Shown piece by piece: positions 1-9,580 of a stretch of 64,000 nt of DNA. Origin of the DNA: Candidatus Pacearchaeota archaeon (GTDB lineage: Archaea > Nanobdellota > Nanobdellia > Pacearchaeales > GW2011-AR1). Positions within the stretch are counted from its first letter, which is position 1. Every line of letters begins with the position of its first letter. Under the pieces are notes generated by a model. It did no database searches and was not told the DNA's origin. It saw only the letters and a list, made by a program, of their open reading frames with translations. The stretch spans positions 271,747-335,746 of the forward strand of contig JBBDJQ010000001.1 of the NCBI GenBank assembly GCA_040879765.1, in the 5' to 3' direction. The translations under genes and the position numbers were made by a program.

Positions 1-2136
1 TATTTTTTTAATGACTTTTTTAACATAATCAATCGCATTTTTTTCATTACCTTCTTCCAAAATTAATCTTAAAACTTTATCTTGGACTTTTCTGGATAAA
101 GGGCACCAATCTCTTCTAACTGTTTCAAATCCTCTAATTTTTAATTCATTTTTTTTATTTATTAAAGCATATTTCTTTTTTGCCCCAATTTTTCCATCTC
201 TAGTTGTAACCCATAATCCTCTTTCATAAAAATCTTCTAACTCTAATTCCATTATTCCTGGAAGTTTCGAATTTAATTTTTCAAGAATTTCTTTTATTTC
301 TTTTTCTTTTTTGTTTCCCATTAAGAAAGCAATAGAATCAGTGTCCCCGTAAATTACAGAGAGGCCGAGTTTTTCTATATTTTTTATTGTATCTTTATTG
401 TATTTTCTAACAAAACCTAAGATAGAGGCGGAGCTTTCAATAGAGTAATATCTTGCACCAAAGAAACCAACATATCCATGGACCGATGCTGAAAGAACTT
501 TGTAGGAATTGCTTCTGGCGAGGGTTATGACGTTTGAATTTTTTTTGTACTCTGCTTTATATTTTTTCCTCGCAAGGAAGATTTCGTTTAGTAATTGTGG
601 AAAGAATCCTGGTTCTTTTGCAAAATAAAATTTATTTTTTTTACCTTTTAATTCAACCTCTGGAGATTCATAAGCTTCTTTTTCTTTTTTATCTAAAAGA
701 GTTCCTTTAGAAAGGTTGTGACTTATTATTATGCTTGTGTGCATGGATGTAAAATCAAACATTGCAATTTTTTTATAAAGTCCTGGTTTTGGCTCATATA
801 CAAATGCTCCTTCAACTCCTCCGCTTCCTCTCCTTGAGCCAATTTCATCATGAGTTGGTTTTTTCTCAGGAATCTCATTAAATTCATTTAGTCTGTGTAA
901 AATATATGCCTCCACATATCTTGAAAGTCCTGCACGAGTTATTTCATGGATGGGCTCACGAATAACTTTTGAAAATTCTATTATGTCTTGAAAGAATTTT
1001 TCAAATAATCCCATAACTAAAATTGAATCATGTAAATTATATTCATAATATTCTTCCCATTTATCATGGTCTGAGGAAATCATGTGTTTTAATTCAAATT
1101 TTTTTTTCTTGTCATTCAAGAATTCTTTAGAAACTTCGTTTAGACTTAGAGTTTCAGATTTCATATATTGGGAGTATGCAGTCCTTATGAATTTTAAGAT
1201 ATCTATATGGACTAAGCCTTTTGTTCTGGTTGTTAAATTAAATCCAAAACCCCCTTTTGAAATTCTTGGGATGGAATTATCTAAATTTAGAGAAAGTTTT
1301 ATTTTATGTTTATCAGCACGAGCTTTCAGATAAGGTAAATCAAAACCATCAGAAAAATAACCAACTAGAAAATCTGGAGAAATTTCTTTTATGTAGCTTA
1401 TGAATTTTTCTATTAGCTCCTTTTCATCTTTTACTAATTCAACATAGTTTGGAACTTTTGTGTTTTTATTTTTTTTCCAAGTTATTACTTTTTTAAAATT
1501 GTCTGAAACCAGAGAAATCATCAAAATGTTTCCTTCCCCTATTTTTAATTCATCACATTCTATATCATAACATAAGGCTTTTGGTTTGAATTTCTTCTCT
1601 GAATCAATTTTTTTTGAAGAGTTTAATTTTATAAATAAATCAACATCAAAATTTGTATCTATCCCTCCAAAATCTTTTGAATTATGCAAAACTTCTCCTT
1701 CTATTTCATACCAGTTCATAGGAGATAATCCTGATTCAATAATGTAGTGAGTTATGAATCCTAAATCATACCCCCTTCTTTTTTGAATTTCTTCAACTCC
1801 TAATCTGTCTGCAATATCGTGCAAATCTTTGTAGTTCGTCGCGTAAATTTTCAACGCCTTAACTTTCTTGTCTAAGAATTTTTTATCTAAAACTTCAACT
1901 TTTTCAACTCTTGTTTCTCTGCCTTTAGAAATAATTTTTATCCTTTTAATTTTTTCGACTAATTTATCAATCTTTTTTTTGCTTAATCTATCTTTTAGAA
2001 TTGCCCAAAAATAAATCTTGCAAGAATCTACAACACATACTCTTCTCCCATCGCTATTTCTTCCTGTTATGAGCGCGTAATTTTTTCCCTCGTAATCAAA
2101 ATTGTCATAATCTATAGGAATAAAATTTGTTTTCAT
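1..2136 (-). CDS. polB: Family B DNA polymerase (replicative PolB), partial; the C-terminus lies beyond the window start
   Basis: Minus-strand translation from the ATG at 2134-2136 gives MKTNFIPIDYDNFDYEGKNYALITGRNSDGRRVCVVDSCKIYFWAIL..., the typical archaeal PolB N-terminus. Further downstream it contains the YGDTDS motif. The frame stays open to position 1, so the ORF is absent from the supplied track because it is open at the edge. Confidence 0.85.
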   Translation of the reverse strand, partial: MKTNFIPIDYDNFDYEGKNYALITGRNSDGRRVCVVDSCKIYFWAILKDRLSKKKIDKLVEKIKRIKIISKGRETRVEKVEVLDKKFLDKKVKALKIYATNYKDLHDIADRLGVEEIQKRRGYDLGFITHYIIESGLSPMNWYEIEGEVLHNSKDFGGIDTNFDVDLFIKLNSSKKIDSEKKFKPKALCYDIECDELKIGEGNILMISLVSDNFKKVITWKKNKNTKVPNYVELVKDEKELIEKFISYIKEISPDFLVGYFSDGFDLPYLKARADKHKIKLSLNLDNSIPRISKGGFGFNLTTRTKGLVHIDILKFIRTAYSQYMKSETLSLNEVSKEFLNDKKKKFELKHMISSDHDKWEEYYEYNLHDSILVMGLFEKFFQDIIEFSKVIREPIHEITRAGLSRYVEAYILHRLNEFNEIPEKKPTHDEIGSRRGSGGVEGAFVYEPKPGLYKKIAMFDFTSMHTSIIISHNLSKGTLLDKKEKEAYESPEVELKGKKNKFYFAKEPGFFPQLLNEIFLARKKYKAEYKKNSNVITLARSNSYKVLSASVHGYVGFFGARYYSIESSASILGFVRKYNKDTIKNIEKLGLSVIYGDTDSIAFLMGNKKEKEIKEILEKLNSKLPGIMELELEDFYERGLWVTTRDGKIGAKKKYALINKKNELKIRGFETVRRDWCPLSRKVQDKVLRLILEEGNEKNAIDYVKKVIKKI

Positions 2137-2573
2137 CGTTTCTGGAAAAGGAATTTTTATTATTTAAATTTAAACAAAACCTTTATATACTACTATTAAG
2201 TGACTATTATATGGGAAATGAAATAGTTTATAAGTATAATTTTGCTGCTCAGGAAAAAGATTGGATTCAATATGAGCAATTAGAGAATGAAAGAAAGAGG
2301 AATTCTGCCCAGGACTTTGATTTAGAAATGAGCGAAAAAGATGAAATAGGTGCTTTTTTAAATTATTCAAACAAATATAATCTGAATCCAGACAATGTCT
2401 ATCAAGATGCTGAATTAAAGAGAGAAGGATTAAAACTTCTTGGACTTAATTGTTTAACTGGCAATGGGGGAGGTTTGGTTCCTTTAGATAGATGTCCGGA
2501 AATTAGAATTGGAAAAGTTTTCAGAGACAGATACAGTAGAATAGCAAGAAATTTAAGTTCTAAAGCTATGTAA
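2127..2573 (+). CDS. Hypothetical protein; the true start may be the internal Met at about 2211
   Basis: ORF only, with no recognisable motifs. Confidence 0.25.
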   Translation: MFSSFLEKEFLLFKFKQNLYILLLSDYYMGNEIVYKYNFAAQEKDWIQYEQLENERKRNSAQDFDLEMSEKDEIGAFLNYSNKYNLNPDNVYQDAELKREGLKLLGLNCLTGNGGGLVPLDRCPEIRIGKVFRDRYSRIARNLSSKAM

Positions 2574-2577
2574 TATT

Positions 2578-3618
2578 ATGGGATTAAGTATAAATGAGAT
2601 AATTCCTCGGGCAGAGATTGGTGTATCGGATCTTAGAGGGAAGACTCTTTCTGTTGATGCATTTAATATCCTTTATCAATTTATTACAACTATAAGACAA
2701 CCTGATGGAACGCCTTTAATGGATTCTGAAAGGAGAATCACAAGTCATCTTTCTGGAATTTTTTATAGAAATATGAGTTTGCTTTCAGACAAACTGAAAT
2801 TAATTTATGTTTTTGATGGGACTCCTCCAGATTTGAAATTTAAGACTCATGATAGGAGAAGTGAATCCAGAGATAAAGCTAAGGAAAAATATGAAAAGGC
2901 AAATGATGATGAGGATATAATGGCCATGAGACTTTATGGGAGCCAATTAATTAGGCTAAATGATGAAATGATTGCTGAGAGCAAAGAACTTTTGGAAGCT
3001 ATGGGAATTGCAGTTGTTCAAGCTCCGGGAGAAGGAGAGGCTGAGGCGGCTTATTTGGCCAGAAATCATAAAGAGATTTATGCGGCAGTTAGTCAAGATT
3101 ATGATTCCTTGCTTTTTGGAGCTTCCCTTTTAGTAAGAAATTTAACTTTATCAAAAAGGAGAAGGACCGCAACAGGTTATGTAGAAATTAAGCCAGAGAT
3201 AATTAATCTTGAAAAAGTTTTAAATTCTTTAGAAATAAATTTAGATCAATTAATTTGCCTTGGAATTTTAGTTGGAACGGATTATAATCCAAAAGGGGTT
3301 CCTGGAATTGGACAGAAAAAAGCCTTGCAATTGGTTAAGAAATTTAAGCAACCGGTTTTAATTTTTAAAGAAGTTGAAGAGCAGATTTATGGTTTGGATG
3401 AAATGGACAGGTTTGATTGGAAGGAAATTTTTGCTCTTTTCAAAACCCCAAATGTCTCAGAAGAAGAAATAAATTTTCCAAAAATCAATGAAGAAAAAAT
3501 AAAAGAGATTTTAGTCGAAAGGCACAATTTTTCTGAGGAAAGAATTGAAAAACAATTGAAGAAACTTAGAGAAATTCAGGAAGAAAAGAAGCAGAAAGGT
3601 TTGGGAGATTGGATTTGA
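2578..3618 (+). CDS. fen: Flap endonuclease 1 (FEN-1, XPG family)
   Basis: The N-terminus MGLSINEIIPRAEI...GKTLSVDAFNILYQF and the internal GIAVVQAPGEGEAEAAYL region match the XPG-N and XPG-I motifs of archaeal FEN-1. Confidence 0.9.
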   Translation: MGLSINEIIPRAEIGVSDLRGKTLSVDAFNILYQFITTIRQPDGTPLMDSERRITSHLSGIFYRNMSLLSDKLKLIYVFDGTPPDLKFKTHDRRSESRDKAKEKYEKANDDEDIMAMRLYGSQLIRLNDEMIAESKELLEAMGIAVVQAPGEGEAEAAYLARNHKEIYAAVSQDYDSLLFGASLLVRNLTLSKRRRTATGYVEIKPEIINLEKVLNSLEINLDQLICLGILVGTDYNPKGVPGIGQKKALQLVKKFKQPVLIFKEVEEQIYGLDEMDRFDWKEIFALFKTPNVSEEEINFPKINEEKIKEILVERHNFSEERIEKQLKKLREIQEEKKQKGLGDWI

Positions 3619-4494
3619 TTAAAATATCTTTGCTAATTCCATTTCTATTTGGCTTATTTCCATTTTGAGATATCTCCTTCTGTCTTCTGAGTTGGTCTTT
3701 TGGTATTCTTTTTTTAACAATAAAAGCTTGGAACTTAATTCCTTCTGTCTTTTTATTTTTTGCTTTTCTAATCTTAATTGGTTTTTTGCGTTTGTTTTTT
3801 CTTGAGCAAGGTTTTCTTTCTCTTTGTATCTTGCTAGCCTTGTTCTTGGATCTATATAGTTTCTTCCTTTATTGATAGTGTTTGCAGTGTTAGTAAATCC
3901 TTTTCTTAAAAATTCTTTTTTATTTTGTTGTTCATATGGATACAAATACCCTTGCCTTATCATTTGAGCTTCAGCTTTTTTTTTGTTTTCTCTTCTCCAA
4001 AACCAAATTCCTAAAACCAAAAGAACAAATCCAATTAGTCCAGTTATGAAAACTTCATAAAATAAATCTGTAAAAGAAACGATTATTAAAATTAAAATTC
4101 CCATACCGGTAATGGCCTTTCCTAAATTCTTTTTCCACCATAAAATTCCAAGGGCAAATAAAAGTGCTATCGGTCCTATCAAATAAAGCATACCTTCAGA
4201 TATCCCAATATTGAAAAGAAAACCTTCAAAGCTTTCGTAAAGGTATCTATTTATCCCGTAAGTTACCCCTAAAGATAATGAAAGTGAGATTATTGCAGGA
4301 GTTATGGCATTCCCAGTAAAGAATTTTGAAAAAGCGTAATTCAATAAGGCAAAAGAAACTATGAAAACTAAAAGTAGAATTATTGTTGATGGGTCTATTG
4401 AGTTGTAAAAAACAGAACTTATCCCTTGCGCCTCCACAAAACTAATCTCAAATAAAAACGCGAGAAAACTCAGAAATAATCCTCTTTTTATCAT
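3619..4494 (-). CDS. Membrane protein with a multi-TM N-terminal region and a charged coiled C-terminal tail
   Basis: Hydrophobic segments followed by a K/E-rich tail. Confidence 0.4.
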   Translation of the reverse strand: MIKRGLFLSFLAFLFEISFVEAQGISSVFYNSIDPSTIILLLVFIVSFALLNYAFSKFFTGNAITPAIISLSLSLGVTYGINRYLYESFEGFLFNIGISEGMLYLIGPIALLFALGILWWKKNLGKAITGMGILILIIVSFTDLFYEVFITGLIGFVLLVLGIWFWRRENKKKAEAQMIRQGYLYPYEQQNKKEFLRKGFTNTANTINKGRNYIDPRTRLARYKEKENLAQEKTNAKNQLRLEKQKIKRQKELSSKLLLLKKEYQKTNSEDRRRYLKMEISQIEMELAKIF

Positions 4495-4542
4495 TTGTTT
4501 TAAAGTAATAAGTTTTTTATAAAGATTCTTATTTTTGTTTTC

Positions 4543-5331
4543 ATGATTCCAATTAAACCAAAAGCTTATGATGTTCTTGGAAAAATTGCTCTTGTGAGAT
4601 TTCCAGATGATTTTAACTCTAAGGAAAAAATGAAATTTGCTAATGATTTATTAAAAAAACATAAATCTATAGAAACTGTCCTTGAGAAAGAAGGCAAGGT
4701 TAAGGGACGTTTGAGAAAGATTAAGACAAATTATCTTGCAGGTGTTAAAACAAAAGAAGTTTTGTATAAAGAGAATGATTGTTTGTTTAGGTTTAATGTT
4801 GATGGAACCTATTTTTCTCCAAGATTAAGTAATGAAAGGAAAGAGATTTCTCAGAAAGTTAAGAAAAATTCTGAAGTGTTGGTTATGTTTTCTGGAGTGA
4901 ATCCTTTTGGAATTGTAATTGCCAAAAATTCTAAGGCAAATAAAATTTATTCTGTAGAATTAAATAGGGAAGCAAATAAATATGCAAAGTTAAATTCTGA
5001 ATTGAACAAAGTTAAGGATAGGGTTGAATTGATTCAAGGAGATGTTAAGAAATTTGCTTCTAATATTGGAAAAAAATTTGATGTTATTGTTATGGCTCGT
5101 CCTCAATTGAAAGATTCTTTTTTGAAAGATGCTTTCAAGGTTTCAAAAAAAGGAACGAGAATTTATTATTATGATTTTTGCAAGAATGATGAGATTGATT
5201 TAATTTTGGATAAAATAAAATTAGAAGCCAAAAAATCAAAGAAAAAGATTAAGATTATTAGGAAAAAAATTGCTGGAGAAATTGCCCCTTATAAATTTAG
5301 GATGAGGTTTGATATGGTTGTTTTGAATTAA
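4543..5331 (+). CDS. Class I SAM-dependent tRNA methyltransferase, Trm5/Taw2 (Met-10+) family
   Basis: AYDVLGKIALVRF at the N-terminus and VLVMFSGVNPFGIVIAK resemble the Trm5 motifs ayDviGdIaiv and DmFAGiGpF. Confidence 0.6.
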   Translation: MIPIKPKAYDVLGKIALVRFPDDFNSKEKMKFANDLLKKHKSIETVLEKEGKVKGRLRKIKTNYLAGVKTKEVLYKENDCLFRFNVDGTYFSPRLSNERKEISQKVKKNSEVLVMFSGVNPFGIVIAKNSKANKIYSVELNREANKYAKLNSELNKVKDRVELIQGDVKKFASNIGKKFDVIVMARPQLKDSFLKDAFKVSKKGTRIYYYDFCKNDEIDLILDKIKLEAKKSKKKIKIIRKKIAGEIAPYKFRMRFDMVVLN

Positions 5332-5608
5332 TTTTCAATGTTTTCTCTCTTTGTTCATCATAGGTTGTCCGGACCACTTTTATAAAGTCTGAAATTCTTA
5401 ATTCGCAGTATCCGTTTGATATTATTGGATGCATGAGATAGTTATCGTCAATTTCTATTTCCAAAGCTTCTTCTAACCCCATTATGATTTCCACAGCATC
5501 TAATGAATCAGCTATATCATGGAATCTCAAATTACCATGCAAATCTTTTTCACTTGTAATTTCTTCAATCATTCTTAGGACTTCACTTTCTATTGTTTTC
5601 TCATCCAT
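5297..5608 (-). CDS. Acyl-carrier-protein-like small protein
   Basis: DSLDAVEIIMGLEEALEIEIDD matches the ACP phosphopantetheine-attachment motif DSLDxVEL.M..EE.F...I. Confidence 0.45.
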   Translation of the reverse strand: MDEKTIESEVLRMIEEITSEKDLHGNLRFHDIADSLDAVEIIMGLEEALEIEIDDNYLMHPIISNGYCELRISDFIKVVRTTYDEQREKTLKINSKQPYQTSS

Positions 5609-5641
5609 ACTTTTGTATAGAATTTATTCTTTTAAGAATTA

Positions 5642-6955
5642 CTATAATTCTTTTTCAACCTTTATCGCGGTTGGTGCTTCTCCTCCATGCCAGGTAAATC
5701 GAGGTTTTATCCTCACTGGATATATTCTTTCTGAATTGTCATCTAAAATTATTGCTGAACCTTTAACTGCTGGAAGGTCATTCATGTATCCACTTATACT
5801 TTCTAAAAGATAGCTTTGCATAATCTGATTTAAAGCAATCAAATCTGGTTGGGAGGTAACTCTGTGGGAAATCACTATGTCTGATTGGGTCATAACATCT
5901 CTATGTATCTGCCCGGGTTGCTGAGTTGCCAAAACAACTGAAATCCCTGGTTGTCTACCTTCTCTAAGTAATTGTATTAATGCATCTGTTGAAGAAGTTT
6001 TTCCCTTTAAGGGTAGGAATTCATGGGCTTCATCTATGAAAATCCAAGTCAATGGTGTTTCTTTTTTTTCTTCAAAATCTGAAAAATCCAAGCCTCTAGA
6101 AACTGCCTGAACTTCTTCTTTTTTTCTCGCAGACATTCTTTGATTGAAAATTTTTCTGGATAAAAGTCCTATTACTAAGGCTCTAACGTTAAATGAACCT
6201 ATTGAATTGTAAACGCTCAAATCTAAAATAGTTGTTGTTCCTCCGTTAATCAAATCATTTACCTTGGTTGCATTTTGTTTTGAACTGGAAAAAACCCCCC
6301 ATGTTTCTGCAGATTCAAATAATCCTATTGCAGCATTTTTTGTTTCAAGCGTCACTCTTTCTTCTTTGTTCATTTCACTTATTATATCTGTTATGGAATA
6401 TGAAACTCCCTCACTCCTTAATTTGTTTAAAGTTCGTTGAATTAATACTGAAACTGGGTTCAACATTTCTAAACCGAAAGTAATTATCCAATCATCTGCT
6501 TCCATTTCCATAACATCTAGGGAAAAGGTTTCATCAACTGGAATTCCTTTTTCTACATAGTCTTGATAGTGTCCATGGGGAACAAATATTTTTACAGGGA
6601 GAGTTTTTGCTTTCAAGCCCCATTCGCCTAAAAGTTCTTTGTCTTTTGAATTTTCATATTTCATTGTCCAATAAATTCCCATCGTGTCAAAAATTAAAGA
6701 AGCGATATTCTTGCTGATATTCCCTTCTAGATTTGAAATTTCTTCTGCTAAAATCCCAAGAGTGTAAGATTTCCCTGAACCTCTTTTACCTGCTACAAGA
6801 ACGACATGACTTCGTGCAACGTCCATTAAAATTCTATTGCTTAATGAAGTGCGTTGCCCCATTTTTACATAACTTTTTCCAAGAAAAATCAATCCTTTGT
6901 CTTTGAAGGTTTTTTTATCACTTGCATTTCTCCCAATTAGAATTTCGTAACTCAT
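5642..6955 (-). CDS. HerA/DUF87-like P-loop ATPase (FtsK-HerA superfamily)
   Basis: Walker A RSHVVLVAGKRGSGKSYTLG, Walker B WIFIDEAHEF, and a C-terminal LATQQPGQI sensor typical of HerA/VirB4-like ATPases. Confidence 0.55.
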   Translation of the reverse strand: MSYEILIGRNASDKKTFKDKGLIFLGKSYVKMGQRTSLSNRILMDVARSHVVLVAGKRGSGKSYTLGILAEEISNLEGNISKNIASLIFDTMGIYWTMKYENSKDKELLGEWGLKAKTLPVKIFVPHGHYQDYVEKGIPVDETFSLDVMEMEADDWIITFGLEMLNPVSVLIQRTLNKLRSEGVSYSITDIISEMNKEERVTLETKNAAIGLFESAETWGVFSSSKQNATKVNDLINGGTTTILDLSVYNSIGSFNVRALVIGLLSRKIFNQRMSARKKEEVQAVSRGLDFSDFEEKKETPLTWIFIDEAHEFLPLKGKTSSTDALIQLLREGRQPGISVVLATQQPGQIHRDVMTQSDIVISHRVTSQPDLIALNQIMQSYLLESISGYMNDLPAVKGSAIILDDNSERIYPVRIKPRFTWHGGEAPTAIKVEKEL

Positions 6956-6992
6956 ATTATCAAAAGTCGTAAGATGTTTTTATTTGTTTTGC

Positions 6993-8201
6993 TCATTGAA
7001 TAGCCTTTAAATATTCAATTTCATCTTGGTCGAGTCTTATCTCTTTTTGGACTTGAGGATTTTTTAAGAAGTTTTTAATCATTGAAAACTCTCTTAGAGC
7101 TCTTTTTTCTCCAACATGGACATATCTAGAATATTTTTTTGCAATTGATTTCTTTTTTGCATTTTTTTGATTACTCATCCAAATTTTTAAAATTCTATCT
7201 GGTTTCTTGTAAGATGTAAAAGTCATTGGAGCATTTTTATTTTGATCTTTTGATGCAGAGACCCCATAGCTAAGGAAAATATTCTGATAAACTAAAAATC
7301 TCCAATATTGTTGCTTGTAAATTCTTCCTCTAAAAACATCTGCCTTACTTATCAAATCTATGGCTCTTGCAAGTTCTCTTCCTTGATATTCTAGGGGAAT
7401 ATTTTTTTCAATCCAAAGCATGATTTCATCCAGATTCATTTTTACAGAATCAAATAAATTTAAGGTTTCTTTTCCTGGTTTTCCTTTTAGGACTGTTCTT
7501 AAAACATTGAATATGTCTGACTCTTTATTTCTTTCACTTTTGTATTCGCTTTGAGGATCTTGGTTTAAGTCTGCTGCTTCTGTTTGCAAATCATTTATGG
7601 CGGCCCTTAAATCTCCTTTGGCATTTATGGCAAGCTTTGTCAAAATTTCGTTTTTTATGAAGTTGTTCTCTTTTCTAAGAATATCAATCATAATTTCTTT
7701 TGTAGTTCTATAATCAAGTCCCTTTAATTGAACAAGTTCTGCTTTTTTTCTTAATGGGGCAAGTTTTTTGTCCCAAATGTCATTGGCAGTTATTATTACA
7801 GGATAGGTTGTGTCTTCGATTATTTTGATTAATTCAGAAATTCCTCCATAGTCTGTGTATCCTGAAATCCCATCAGCTTCGTCAACTAAAATTAGTTTGC
7901 TTTTTTTTATTAAGGATTGTTGTTGGATTGCAGGTTTTAGAACTTCATCCAATCGAGACTTGTTTCTTAGGTCAGAAGCGTTTAGTTCGAAAATTTCAGA
8001 GTTTGTTTCTTTAGCAATTACATGAGCTATTGTTGTTTTTCCAACGCCTGGAGGTCCATGAAGAATCATAGCTTTCTTTTTTGTTTTTGTAAGTTTTCCT
8101 AAATTAAATTCCCCGACAAATTTCTTTATCTTTTGCAGGGCTTCGTCCTGACCTCTTATATCTTCAAATCTTGTTGGACGGTATTTTTCGACCCAGGTCA
8201 T
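6993..8201 (-). CDS. rfcL: Replication factor C large subunit
   Basis: MTWVEKYRPTRFEDIRGQDEA...ILHGPPGVGKTT shows the RFC box and AAA+ Walker A. Confidence 0.85.
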   Translation of the reverse strand: MTWVEKYRPTRFEDIRGQDEALQKIKKFVGEFNLGKLTKTKKKAMILHGPPGVGKTTIAHVIAKETNSEIFELNASDLRNKSRLDEVLKPAIQQQSLIKKSKLILVDEADGISGYTDYGGISELIKIIEDTTYPVIITANDIWDKKLAPLRKKAELVQLKGLDYRTTKEIMIDILRKENNFIKNEILTKLAINAKGDLRAAINDLQTEAADLNQDPQSEYKSERNKESDIFNVLRTVLKGKPGKETLNLFDSVKMNLDEIMLWIEKNIPLEYQGRELARAIDLISKADVFRGRIYKQQYWRFLVYQNIFLSYGVSASKDQNKNAPMTFTSYKKPDRILKIWMSNQKNAKKKSIAKKYSRYVHVGEKRALREFSMIKNFLKNPQVQKEIRLDQDEIEYLKAIQ

Positions 8202-8612
8202 TTAAATTGATTGATACCTTTGTTTAATTAGATTTTGTACAGGGAGGAATAATGGACTTGGAAGATTGTCCCAAGAAAACCATTTCCATTCATAGATTTT
8301 ATCTGGTTCCATAACTCTTGGAGTTCCTGAAGTGTACCTTGCTCTTAGAAAATAAGTTTGATAATGTTTACCCCCTGGAAAATAATCATCCGTTGCTACA
8401 ATTGATTCATTTTTAAGAAGTTCTACTTTCAACCCTGTTTCTTCCCTAACCTCTCTTATTGCACATTCTTCCAAACTTTCTCTACACTTAAGTTTGCCTC
8501 CTGGAAAGCCCCAAGTATTTTTTCCATGTTCACTTTTTCTCTTTCCTATTAAAACTTCTTCATTTTTTAGAATAATTACTTCCACTCCTTCTTCCGGTTT
8601 TTCTTTATTCAT
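8202..8612 (-). CDS. Nudix hydrolase
   Basis: Nudix box GGKLKCRESLEECAIREVREETGL. Confidence 0.8.
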   Translation of the reverse strand: MNKEKPEEGVEVIILKNEEVLIGKRKSEHGKNTWGFPGGKLKCRESLEECAIREVREETGLKVELLKNESIVATDDYFPGGKHYQTYFLRARYTSGTPRVMEPDKIYEWKWFSWDNLPSPLFLPVQNLIKQRYQSI

Positions 8613-8644
8613 TTTAACTAAAATTTATCTAAGTATATAAAAAT

Positions 8645-9538
8645 TTATGGGGTATTTTGAAAGAAGTATCTCTTCTTCCCTTTCCCTTGACTTAGGTTTT
8701 TGTATTTCCTAAATTCACATAAAGCCCCTTCAATATTTGTTATTGAGAGAAATGGATGATTTGAAAATGCATTTTTATATGCAAGCTCTTTCCAAAGTGG
8801 CTTTTTGTTTAATTCTGGAAGAATTTCTTTTTGCAAATCGTATAACCTGTTCAATTTTTCTTTTTGTTCTTTTTTATTTAATCTCTTTTCATAAATTATT
8901 TCCAAACCCCATTTTGCTCCGGGCCCAATATTAACAAAGTCATTGTCATTCCATTTTTGTTTAAAGAAATTAAGATAGGTTAGGTCAGTCCAGATTTCAC
9001 ACGCCAAGAATGGTCCAACCATGGGAATTTCCTTTATTACTTCAAAAGATTCTTCTGGGGTTTTGGTTTTGTCTATTTTTTCAACCATTTCTTTCAAGTT
9101 TATTTTGGAGAGATTTTCTATAATTGAAATATGTTTTTCTTTTCCTTTTTTTCCTGATGAAATTAAATAGGCATTATTGAAAATTGGTTTCCCTTGTTTT
9201 TTCAATTCTGAAAATTTTTGGTTTATTTTTTCTTTTAGATTTTTGTCTATTTTTTCAAAAGGATTTATCTCCAAGCTTTCATATAAATTATTTTTATTGA
9301 AGAATCTAAAGAAAACTATGTTGAGAAAAAGATAATCTCTATTTTGTAAATTTTTCAATTTGTTAATTATGTAAAGAGTGCATCTATCTAACTCTCTGTA
9401 CACGTTTATTATTTTGAATGTTTTAAGAATTCTATCTTCGCTCCAAGGAGCTTTTTCATTTAAAACAAACCTCTTATACCAAATTAATTGTCTTTTGTAT
9501 ATGAATTCAAAGAATTCTTTTTCGGATTCCAAAATCAT
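8645..9538 (-). CDS. Conserved-looking hypothetical protein of unknown function
   Basis: Long ORF tightly packed between the Nudix gene and rfcS. It carries W...D.IL..F.I.NVYRELDRCT-type motifs but could not be assigned to a family. Confidence 0.5.
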   Translation of the reverse strand: MILESEKEFFEFIYKRQLIWYKRFVLNEKAPWSEDRILKTFKIINVYRELDRCTLYIINKLKNLQNRDYLFLNIVFFRFFNKNNLYESLEINPFEKIDKNLKEKINQKFSELKKQGKPIFNNAYLISSGKKGKEKHISIIENLSKINLKEMVEKIDKTKTPEESFEVIKEIPMVGPFLACEIWTDLTYLNFFKQKWNDNDFVNIGPGAKWGLEIIYEKRLNKKEQKEKLNRLYDLQKEILPELNKKPLWKELAYKNAFSNHPFLSITNIEGALCEFRKYKNLSQGKGKKRYFFQNTP

Positions 9539-9580
9539 AATTAGTTTAAGTATTTTGTAATTATAAAACTATGAATCTCT

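Noticed and set aside
1082-1333. 83-aa plus-strand ORF
   Set aside because: It lies antisense within the PolB coding region.
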